Assembly: GCA_000708835.1 (NCBI GenBank)
Contig: DF237114.1
Span: 99,624-163,623, forward strand
DNA length: 64,000 nucleotides
Origin: Klebsormidium nitens
Lineage: Eukaryota; Plantae; Klebsormidiophyceae
Direction: 5' to 3'
The notes under the pieces are model-generated. The model saw nothing but the letters and a program-made list of their open reading frames with translations, was not told where the DNA came from and searched no databases. This document shows positions 22,873-33,900 of this stretch, piece by piece. The first letter of the stretch is position 1, and each line of letters starts with the position of its first letter. A program made the position numbers and the translations under genes.

Positions 22873-25800
22873 CTACCACACTGCCCTCTTCCCCGCACCC
22901 TCGTGGAACTGCTTCGTCTGCCACCCCTGCCGCTTGACCTCGTCCAGGAACGACGGCAGCTTCGATCCTAGCTTTTTGTACGCCGTTTTCACCTGACCCG
23001 TCGGGTCGCTTGCCTTCTCGCCCTTTTGAGCGTCATCCGCAACATAAGCCGCCAGCAGCCAGCCCCTGCGGAGAGAATCAGCTCGCGTTATGTGAGGAAT
23101 TGTTTATGCTTTTGATGGCTCAGTTTCGTTTTGTATGCAGCTTTAACCAGTTGGTGGGTCATTCGCTGTCTGGCCCTTCTGAGCGGCGTTTTGCAAAACA
23201 ACCCGCCAGAAACCAGCCTCTGCGTACAACGGAACGACCAACCTTTCGAGAAACTTTCAAGGATCAATAACGACACAACGATAAGCCGTGATGGAAGTTC
23301 CACGAGACAAAACAAAACCGGTCAGTGAAGCGCGACCACTCCAGATGGTCCGGGTGCTCGTTAAAGCTTGCACTGCTTTGAAAGGGGTTTGACAAAAGGA
23401 TGTAAGATGCCCTAAAAAGGCCTTAGCACGAGGCAACTTCCTGAGGATTCGAAATGTAAGGCGCTCTCTACTTAGGAGCTTCTCTAACCGGGAAATCAAC
23501 CTCCGACCACGTGTTCGGTGGATCGAAAAGGTGGTCGTGACCTCTGAAGCCGTCTTCCAGAACTTCTCTCGACCGCTCTCAGTACAGAATCTGTCCGTCG
23601 GTCCATTGTTTGAGCACTCCACCACTGTAGCGCTCTGCTTTCGCATGTGTCGGCTTTCAAGACATGACTGAAATCAACTGAAAAGTTTGCCAGCTGACGG
23701 CTGAAGCACAACCTCTTGATTCCGAAACCGAAGTACATCCAACGTTTTGAATCAAAATTAATCGCAAACATCCAAACAACAGCTCACTTGAGAGCGTCTT
23801 CCCCGGTCGCATCCCGGTGCAGCACCATGTCCGCGTGCCCGTCCCCATTCACATTCAGCAGAAAGCGCTCGTTCTTGAACGTCTGCCGCAGCTTCGCGAA
23901 GTCTTTCGGACTGCGGACGGCCGTACGGAGCGGAGCCCCAACGCGGACGCCCCCGGCCGCCAGGTTGATGCCCGGGGGAAGGAGCAGCTTCTCGCGGTAG
24001 CGCAACTGTTTAAAAGGAGTAAGGAGTGCTTCACTTAGTCTGCGACTTTCAATTTCGACTTGTCTTGCAGCGTTCTGCGCTAGCTGCACCTGGCTTTCTG
24101 CTAAAATGTATCGAAGTCGGATTGAATCTCGTGGTAGCGCAACTGTGAGAAGTAGATCGGACTGCTTCACTCCGTCTTCGTCGTCTGGTCTTATTCCTAT
24201 CCTTCAGTATGTTGGCGTGGGTGTACCTGACTTTCTGCTCGAGTGTATCAAAGTCAAGGGTTCGTTACTGTGGCAGCCTTACGGCGCCCTTAATCACCGC
24301 ACTCCCTCTGCTTTCATGCGGCTGCCAATCTGAGGCCTAAGAAACACCGATCTGGTAGAATCACGTAAGACGACGGACGAGAGGGAACCGATTGCGAGTG
24401 GAGATGTACCACACGAGGGTAGATGAGCGGGATAGCACGTTGTTTGGGAAGTGGCGCAAGACTGACCAAGAGGGCAGAGAGGCGGCATATAAAGAAGCTG
24501 AAAGCTTGTGACCAACAAATGAGGGCATACTGACAGCGAGGACCTTAAAATTCAAAAACGAGAAAAGCACAGGGTTCTAAAAGCACAGGATTCCCTCTAT
24601 TGCAGTGCCTATGCTTGCCTAGAAGGACGTAGCGAGGAAGTAGGACAGTGTAGCGACCGTTCAGAGTAGAATGGTTTTGTCAGAGAGCATCAGAGCACTT
24701 TCACGTCCGACGAAGCAACTCATAGAGGAGAAGAAAGAAAGAAGCAAAGAATGGCAAACGAGGGAGAGTAATCACAGGAGGCGAGAGCATATTATGCACA
24801 CTAGCAGCGAGACGTGAACCAATTGAAGCTCAAAAAGACAACCTGCGTTTACGCCAAAACGTAAGCAACATTAACTGCCAAATCCGCCACGAAAGGAGAC
24901 TTGCGTTTTCAAGAAAACGACAGTAATTATGACGAGAAAGAATTTTATTTTAGGACTTGTCGATACGCGACATTGGAGCGGCACTTTACCTCGGGCGGGG
25001 AGCGGACGACGCCGTGCTTGACGAAGAAACATTCTTCTCAAAGAGAACAAACAGTACTGATGACGAGCCAGACAAACAATCTTGGAAACTTGTCTTAACA
25101 CGCAAGATCCGGGCGGATCTCTCACCTCGGGCGGGGAGCGCACGACGCCGTGCTTGACGAAGTCCTCGACGAGCAGTGCGGTCCTCTGCGCGTTCAGGAA
25201 GTTCATGGGCGCGGCGCGCATCTCCTGGGCAACGCAAAACACGTGGAGCCCGGAGAGGAACGGAAACGCGAGCAGCTGCGGAATGGCGGGACGGGAAGGA
25301 GCGCGGGTTAGGAATAACGGGTCAGCGCAATTATAGCGACTATGGAGAGGGGGTTGTCAAGATGGTTTGTAGCGAACCCGGAAAGGAAAGATAACGCGAG
25401 CAGCTGAGGAGCGCCGGCGAGGGGCGGGTTCGGGGTATTGCGTCAGAGAGAGAGCCGAGCAAACTTGGGAATCGGGGTGCGCTTTTCTAAAAATGGTTGA
25501 GAGCGACTTCTAGAGACTCTCGAGAACGGGAACAGTGGCGAAAAATGTCCGAGCATAGTAGAAGAGTAAAGGAAAACGGGAAGCAGCTGCGCAAGGGGGA
25601 ACGGACTCAGAACTATTGCTGTTAGGGCAGACTCAGAGAGGGGGAGAGAAGTTTGCGATCGTGGGGCACGGGGTAGGATACAAGTGCCGCACATACAAAA
25701 CCTACGAAATACGGGATACATTATCCATCCCTTGCCCTTTGAGGAGGCGCAGATCAATCCCGAGTCATCTGCCACTTTGGACTGCGCCAGAAGCGCCTTT

Positions 25801-28800
25801 CCCTTGGCATACAAGTCGCCGACAACGGTTTCTAACTTGAAAAGCATAAAAATGCCAAACTCACAAGAAAGGGGTTGCGGGATCCCGTACCTTGCCCTGT
25901 GGAGAAGCGCAGATCCCAGATGCAAGCTGGATGCCGAGCCACATTCCCGCCACGTAGGAGAGGGCCGAATGCGCCTCTCCCTTGGCGTACAGATCGCCCA
26001 ATCGCGTTCTTACTTCAGAGGCAGAAGAAAGCCAAATCTACAAAGAAAAGGGGATTGCAGCGGAGTCCCATACCTTGCCCTGTGGAGAAGCGCAGATCCC
26101 GGACGCGAGCTGGATGCCGAGCCACATTCCCGCCACGTTGGACAGCACCGAAAGGGCCTCTCCCTTAGCGTACAAATCGCCCACGTTCCCGTGCTTCGCG
26201 AATGCGGTGTAGATGGGGAGGCGGGTGGAGCGGGCGGCCAGGAGAGCGATCCCCTGAACAGAAAAAGAGGGTCAATGTTTATATTCTTCCTTCCCCGGAG
26301 ATGAGAACTCGAGATCAAAAGAGTGGAGACTATGAAAAGCGCCATTGGCACTTGTTTAAGTGCTTGGCAAGGAGAAAAAAGTGCTCGGGAGAAGGAAGGA
26401 AGTGCTTGGGACGGAACAAAAAGGTGCCTTGCGAGATAATAGAGGCAAGCGGGCGGCCAGGCCCGTAATCACCTGAGGAAAAGAATGAGCGATCGGTTGA
26501 AAGAGAACAGTGCTTGGTGGAACAAAGAAAGTGCCCGTTTGGAGAAAATAAGCGTTTGGGATGACACAAAAGGTGCCTGGTGAAAAACCAGAGATGGGCA
26601 GGGAAGGCGAGCCCCTAGAAATGAGGCAGGGTGATTGGTGGAAGAGAAACGGTGCTCGGTAATAGCAAGAATCTGCTCAGAAGGGAGAGAGGGAGGACTC
26701 GGAAGGACGAAGAGGGTGCCTGGTGTAAAGAAGAACGATGGGTCGAGCGGGCGGCCAGGAGGGGAGAGAGAAATCAATTGAACAGAAACAGTACTTGAGA
26801 AAAGGAGAAGCGACAATATGAAAGATGAGTGCTCCATGGAGCTCATAAGGGTGGTGCATTCCAAAGAATAAACCACCTATGAGAACATTGGACTGGGGGG
26901 CCAAGGGAGTAGAGTCGGTGAGAATTGAGCGAGGAAGAGAGACTCTGAAGAAAATCCGCACGCTCGGCAGGAAGGTATAGCGTCAGGTCAGGAACTACAG
27001 AAAAGCCACTTGTGATCACCCCTCAGAAGACTAGGCCCTTCCATACAGCACGAGTATCCTTTTCCAAACGCCAAGAAAGCGGTTTTCAGAACTGCTCACA
27101 TGCTGAGCTCACTGTCAAGGTCTTCTTGTTGATGGACATCGTGTTCTTCCATCTGAAAAGACATCTTCCAAACCCGCTATTGTCTCGAGGCTCTCTTGAC
27201 CAATGGTAGCACTGGGCACACTGACTTGGGTTCTGAGACCATTCGAGATCCGGTTATCGTCCTGACAAATCAACGTCTGTTTGGAACGCACTCCAAGCTC
27301 TCAACCCCCTCGGCCAAAACCCCCACCTTGGCTAGGTTGGCCGCCCCCGCGACTGGCAGGAAGTAGCTCGGCACGAGCGGCGACACGATCTCGCACGCGG
27401 CGCCGACGTCATACATGACGTCAGCGATGATGCGCCACTTCTTCGGGTCCGCGTCCATGCGGGGGCCCATGCTGCTGCCCACCAGCTTCCCCACGTGCTG
27501 CATCCCCTCCTTGAGCACCCAGCTGACGACGGTGGCCTGAGCCGGAGTCGGGCGCAGGCCGGCCGCGAAGAGGACCGACTGCGGGTAACGTCAGCAAGCG
27601 ACATCAGCAATGAAGCTTTCAAAATGTTTTTGCGAGTCAATCATGGTTACAAGATTCTTCGACGGTTCCTTCCTTGAGCACCCTGCTGACGACGGTGGCC
27701 TGAGCTGGGGTCGGGCACAGGCCGGCGACAAAAAGGACCGATTGAGGGTGACGTCAGCACCAAAGCTTCCAAAGACTGCCGGGGTCTTCCTGCGGTTCAA
27801 GCAGAAGTGAGGTCACGAGAATCTGTTGGTTGCGCCTTACATGAGCACCCAAACCGACAAATGTCTTCTGCGCCGGGGAAGTAAGGCTGCGGGCCAGCGG
27901 CAAAGAAAAATGACTGAGATGATGTCGACGCATGATGCCCACATTCGCCTTCTGGAAGGAGTGTGCAAGTTTTGGTCGGGGGGGGGGTGTGATTTACCTG
28001 GGTGGAGAGTACCCCCAGGATGGCACTCGTGAAGTGCTGCACTGCCCGCCACTGCGAATACACCTGGTAGCCCTCCGCAACACTGTACGGAGCAATTGCA
28101 GCATTCATGTCCGAGTTCTTTGATATCACGCGTCTTTCTTTTCCCATACGGTGGTACAAAGAAGCTCACAATCTTCAAAACACCCTCCCCATAATTGGAA
28201 AAACATGTATATTATATAACGCCTTTGTGACGATGATGATAAGGAGTCTCCTGAAGCAACACACGCGACTCGCCCCCAGAATGCATGGCGGAACTGCTCC
28301 TAACTACTATGTGCGGTGTTCGAAATGGTCCTACCTTTCAGGGTATCCGACAGGGAAGAACTTGTCCCTAAACCCGTCCGTCAGCTTCTGCGCAAGCGGC
28401 CGCTTATCCACCAAAACCTCCATCGCCAACTCCACACTGCCATCACCGTTCACCCGCGGAAAATACCGCCGCCTCTCGGTCCCCACTTCCTCCACCCAGC
28501 TACTCTCCTTCCCTCCGTCTTCGCTTTTTCCAGCCCCAGCGCCCCCCCCTAAGAAGGCGGGCACCCAACTCAACGCCGCCAACGGCGACGTCCGGTGCAC
28601 GTCGCTGTTCGACACTTTGGTGGAAGATTCGTCCAGATTCTGTTTACGGGCCTTGCCAAAAAACCGCACCACCCCTGCATCGCCCTCCGGGCTTTTTGCA
28701 CCACCCTTGGAGGTGTTCGCACCACCCTTGGACCTTTTCACATCACCCTCTGGGGTTTTCACACCACCCCGCGCATCTAGCCTGGAGGATTTTGCACCAC

Positions 28801-29155
28801 CCAGAAGACGAGGCAACGGGCCCACATGCGCAAAGAGCGGTGCGCAATCCCGCCTGCCAAACCGCTCCCTTAAAACTCTGCCCAGGCTCTCCCCCGCAAA
28901 ATTCTCTGACCGTAACTCGTCCTCTTCCGCCCATACATCACCAGGTGCATTTGCGCCAATTTGTGCGTCCCCGTCCCCCTGCCCAGGCCACTCCCTGATC
29001 AAACTCTCAAGTGTCAAAGCGGCCGCCTCAGCTCGACCGCAGCAGTCCTTGACGCTAACCCGCTCCCATTCATTGTGTACGGCAGCTTCGAGGGTGTGCA
29101 GCGCTTCCCCGGCTCTGGACGAGACCTCTCGAAAGGCGTCGCCTAGGAAAGCCAT
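22873..29155 (-). CDS. RUS4: ROOT UVB SENSITIVE (DUF647) family protein, RUS4-like, 632 aa. Exons 29155-28335, 28082-27998, 27578-27327, 26253-26074, 25275-25126, 24005-23788, 23065-22873
   Basis: FFPVGYPES|VAEGY, SVLFAAGLRPTPAQATVVSWVLKEGMQHVGK, MDADPKKWRIIADVMYDVG, ARSTRLPIYTAFAKHGNVGDLYAKGEA, LNAQRTALLV and C-terminal GWQTKQF match the recalled RUS4. All phases are consistent. Confidence 0.9.
25715..26253 (-). repeat. RUS exon 4 3' part plus donor, followed by two intronic tandem copies (periods 183 and 160 bp)
   Basis: Minus-strand ggcga(t/c)(t/c)tgta(c/t)gc(t/c)aagg ... tctgcgc(t/c)tc...gggcaag|g recurs with ends at 26074, 25891 and 25731. Confidence 0.9.
27508..27758 (-). repeat. RUS exon 3 acceptor plus first ~70 nt duplicated into the upstream intron (period ~163 bp)
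   Basis: 27670-27758 aligns with 27508-27596. The copy has CAG changed to CAA. Confidence 0.9.
28677..28802 (-). repeat. Coding 21-nt (7-aa) degenerate tandem repeat in RUS exon 1
   Basis: Plus-strand (g/a)ca(c/t)(c/g/a)ccc units give GGAKSS..GGVKTPE GDVKRSK GGANTSK GGAKSPE GDA. Confidence 0.75.
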
Positions 29156-30913
29156 TAAAAAAATGCTGGAAGGTGAGCGATGAGGGAGGTGCAGGTGCTG
29201 CTGCTGAACAAAAGCCAAAGAATCAGAATGCCGTGCCACACCATACCGTAACCATTACCATGGGGTGAAACATGGTTGGTCTTTGGTCTCGACTCGGGAG
29301 TCGGGGTCACTCCACGAAGCGGTAATGGTCCATGGAAGAAGCGTGCACGGATCATGACGTACAAAATACGATTCACATCATCAATGATTGTCGGCCCTCT
29401 GGTTCGGTTGAGATTTTCGGGTCCGGGCTCACGAAGGGGGTTTTGCAATAGGACCCTTATATTAGCAGCCGCGCAGATGACACAAGACTCCATAAGATCC
29501 TGGAAGCTTAATTATCCGACTTGGAGTTCGGCCCATATAACTGGTCAATTTCCATTAGATGGAGAATCCTAGATATCTTTGTTAAGTCTTGACATGGCAA
29601 GCCATTAGCTAAATTAGAAATGATTGCGGCATCAAATGTCGGCGCTTTTGTAGGCTTGTTCCAGTAGCTTATAGTATAAAAATTGCACATGCGTCCGACA
29701 TCTCATACGATCATTCAATGTCATATCTACAACCGCCCACTTACTTCTCCACGTAAGGTACGGCAATGATCTCATCCATTTCAAGTAAAACGTCATAGCC
29801 GCTACTACCTACCCGGAACAACTGTCAGCCGTCGATCGACCTTCATCACCTTCTGATGCAGACGTGGAGGCCCTCGATCAACCGAGAGTATGATTCAGCC
29901 TCAATCGAACGGTATAGAAGCTATGGGAGACTAAACAAGGTGCCCCTTAACACGCCGATAGGATCGGGGCGGTTACGATTGGGTTTGTTTGTTAGGCTGT
30001 TGGTCAATCTCGCGAGTCTCGAGGGCTCGGAGGCTGGAGCTGCCGCCCCGGCCCCGGGCCCCATGCATGCAGACTCAAGAGTCAAGACTACCGTAGTCGG
30101 AGTCGTTCTTTCTTTAGCAGAGACCCTTTTTAGATTGGCAATTTCGATGCCGATACGGTCTCCCATATTGAAGTGAAATTTGACCTACTGGGCAATAGAA
30201 CAAAGAGCCGGATGATGATCCGTCGAATATGGCCACCTACCGCTTTATACGGCATACCGTACATGTTAAGAATCTAGAAATCCAAGCTGCAGATATCTGG
30301 GCAGGTGGACCGTAGGTCGCGCGTGTTGAGTCTGACAAAAGTGGAGGAAGAAGGACGCCTGCGCAGTGCGCCAGGAAATGCAAGGTGGAGGATACATTTG
30401 CAGGCTGGCATTTCACAACCCTGTCAGTGTACGGGCCCGGGTCTAGGTATTTTAGGGCTGTGGATTTCCATGCGTTTGTACGGCAGGGGCAAAATATCAA
30501 GGCGTCGAATTCATGGGGGCCGTCATTCATGCGCTCAGCAGAAAATGCGAGCTAAGGGGCGGGCATTGTGTTCTGGTTCACTGAGCTGCCATTGGATTCG
30601 AGCTCTGACGCTCTGGCTGTCTTACCAGCTAGCGAGGTTTGAAGAGGGCTTTGGTTGCACGTAAGGCTTCTAAGTTGCTGAGTTCATTGGAGGAAGCACG
30701 AAGACTGTCCTGGCGAGAGGAGCTTGCCCCTGCGCCACTTTTAAACCTGCAATCCAAATGGTTATGGAATACTTCAGCTGCACCGGCTGTAAGACTCAAA
30801 GACCGTTTTGAGCTGCCCCTGTCGGTTGAGGGGTTCAGGAGGGAGCCAGCTGTTTGCTGAAGCAGTAGCGTCAGCCAGCTCTTCCTGTCTGTACATAGTT
30901 TTTCTGATAAGCT

Positions 30914-33900
30914 ATGGGTTGCACGGTGTCCAGCCCCGTCGAGGGCGAGGGGGACCAGCGGCGGGAGGACACCTGCCAGGTCAAGCTAAGGCCAGCTGCA
31001 CCATGTTCGAGGGCCTGCAAGCAGCAGGGGCACAAGGGACAGAAGGGGCAGAAGGGGCAAAAGGGACAGAAGCACAAGCGCTTTGCAGAGTCCGTGGTAA
31101 GTACCCTGTAACTTGGCCTCCACTTTGGATCAATGACACAATTCACGAACTGAGTGAGTGTGTGTTATGTCTCGCTCGATCTCAAGAATACAAGATCCTG
31201 GCGCCGCAGTTCTGACATGGGGTTCAGATGAACTTACATTGGGGCATGTTTGAAACTCCTGAAATATATAGGATTCCAGCTTGATAGCTTCGCCTTGCAC
31301 CACATCAGTGTGGAAGCAGAGCTGAAATTTGAAACAACCCCACAAAACTGAGGGTTTGCATCAAAAAGCATGAGGGAATGCCACTCAACAAGCATTGCCC
31401 GAAAGTTTGATTTCCATACAAATTTCTCTCGCTTTGAATAAGAGATCTGCATGGTGTGAAGGGCTTTGCTGATTGCAGTTGAACCAGAAAGCGGACTTCA
31501 GGATCATTGCGCAGGATTTTGGTCTGCTGAAAAGATGTGGCAACTGTCGATGAGGACACACAAGTCAAGAGCTTCTGGATTTCAATCAGCTTTCTGAGAT
31601 GTGGTTTCGGCCTGACTTGACTCAAGCGGCGGGTAGATTGCCTATTCCAAACATGTCTGCAGCTTCAATTGAGTAACCTAAAACTATTCAAATAGGAGGT
31701 ATGCAGCTTTTTCCTAGTTCTCCCTTCAACGCAGAGGTATGCTTTGCATACTCTATCTCAGCCCTGTGATCTATTCTGCATCTGAACCGGTCATCAAACT
31801 TGCGCGCACCCGTTTAATCAGCTGCCCCAGTCTTCGGTACGTATGGACCAACAGATGTTTGTCCAGGGTTGATGATGCAGCTCACATCCACTTTTCAGCA
31901 CCGCTCCATATTGTTGCAAACCAGTTATCTCTGCTTATTGTGCAACTCGCGCAACACAGTTCCCTGACCTTGCAAAGTACCTGCAGTCTCACTTACTGAG
32001 CATGATGCAGAATCTCATTCAGCATTAATATCAACCTTTCGACGTTGACACCCTTTCATTCAATTTTACCTTCCCATCGCAGGCCGCCACTTCAGACAGC
32101 CCTGACTGCTCAGACTCTCCTGGGGGCTCCACGCCTCGGAGTCCTCTCCCCCCCATCCCAAAGTCCGCCTCAGCTGTGTCTGCACGTAATGCCTCCGAGC
32201 AAGACACTGACAGTCAAGCGAGCCGCAAGTCTCTGGAGTATTCAGACGTAGTCATTGACGAAAACTCGCTGGAATTGGAGGAGCTCACGCTGCCAGACAG
32301 GAGGGTAGACAAGCACTACTACCCCTGGTATCCTGAGAAGGTCTTTATGCTGCGGCCGGGCCCCACCTCGATGTTTGATCCAAAGGTACGCCACGAGGAG
32401 CGATCAGTGACGTTGCCAAATTCAAGCTTGCTTTGTGGCCTGTGATGCTCCACCCTTGATTGGGGAAGGCTTTGGCAGGTTAGACTGTGATTGCATAAGG
32501 CTTGCCATAGAGATCGGAGTTTACTGCTGTACGATTCAGTCAGTCAGGGGGACTTGGGAAAGGCCTTGGGGAATGCATAAGCCGCCTAGAGGTTCCCAGC
32601 TATGACAGCACCATTTAGCTGTCAAGTGCTACATACTCCTCTGGCTACGAGGTTGTGAGCACGAACTTGGAGTGTGCTCCAACACGGACCGTGTAGCAAA
32701 ATGCTGTTCACGACTAATCTCTGTAGAACTCTTTCGTGGAACCAATTCAGATTGCTCAACTACTTGTATGGCAGACTTAGATGCCATCGAAGCATCCGTT
32801 TGGAAGGGAACATTAACAGTGGTCGTTGTTTGCAGGGTGCACCTAGGCCTTGCAACGAGCAGTTCAGACTGCAGGTCCTACGGAGCTACAACATCATGGA
32901 CACCGTAAGGCGTGCTTGATTTTGGGTGCACGTTCTTGCAACTCATTCTTCCTTGGCAGATCTTATGGCAGATTCTACAAGGAGTAGGTGTTGCCAACAT
33001 TGCTGATGTTGTGTGCCCTTGAATCCTCGTGCTTTTACATGGTTAGACGCTCTGTGTCCGATAAGCTATCAAACAGAGCTGCAATTGTACTGTCTGGCCC
33101 TGAGAGACTGTACCAGCTGTGGTTGAAAGATGTGCACACCCCTTAGTTTGGCCCCCACACGTCTAAAGGGCGGGGCCCACTTGTTGCAGGAGCCTGAGGC
33201 AAGGTATGATCGCCTGACAGAACTGGCGTCGATGATCTTCAAGGTGAGCCTCACAAGGAAGGAGTCACTGGTCTGGGAGACACCCTCTCTTAAGAATGGA
33301 TCGCCATGCATTTTGGTCTTAAAACGAAGAAGATTCCATCCTCATTGCACTATGCTTGCTGTTTCTATTCCCTCCTTCCGTGGATCTGCAATGTTGCAAG
33401 AGTATCAGATATTCAAGGACATCAGATGAAGAGACTTTCCTTCATGGAGGAGCCTCAAAGCTCTGAGAAACAAACTGTAATCTGACTAACTTTGTCTGCT
33501 AAATTCTGCAGACTCCAGTGGCGCTCGTGTCCCTGCTGGATGCCGAGCGTGCCTTCTTCAAGTCGCATCATGGATTGGGTTGCACAACAATCAATCGGGA
33601 AGACGCCTTCTGTGCCTACACAGTTCTGCCCTCGTGAGTACGATCACTCCAGTCCCTTTTTCTTGTCTTGTGGTTTGAAATCCTACTTATGACCTTCGAG
33701 CTCATTCACTGTGCCCCCAGCATCTGGACGCCCCTCTCTTGGCCTACAGGGACGTCTACTGTGTCTGTTTTGTGCAAATGTATGTCTCCCTCTGTGAGTC
33801 TTTGCCCCTCCTCGATTGACCTTCTTGCATTCTATTCCTAGGGCAATACTCTCGCCAAACGTCTGGTTCAAGGGGTTCCGTTTCAATTGTACAGGAAGGA

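Noticed and set aside
28107-29183. 358-aa plus-strand ORF
   Set aside because: Antisense shadow of the GC-rich RUS4 exon 1. The same applies to 39603-40391, 46342-46992, 47725-48291 and similar ORFs.
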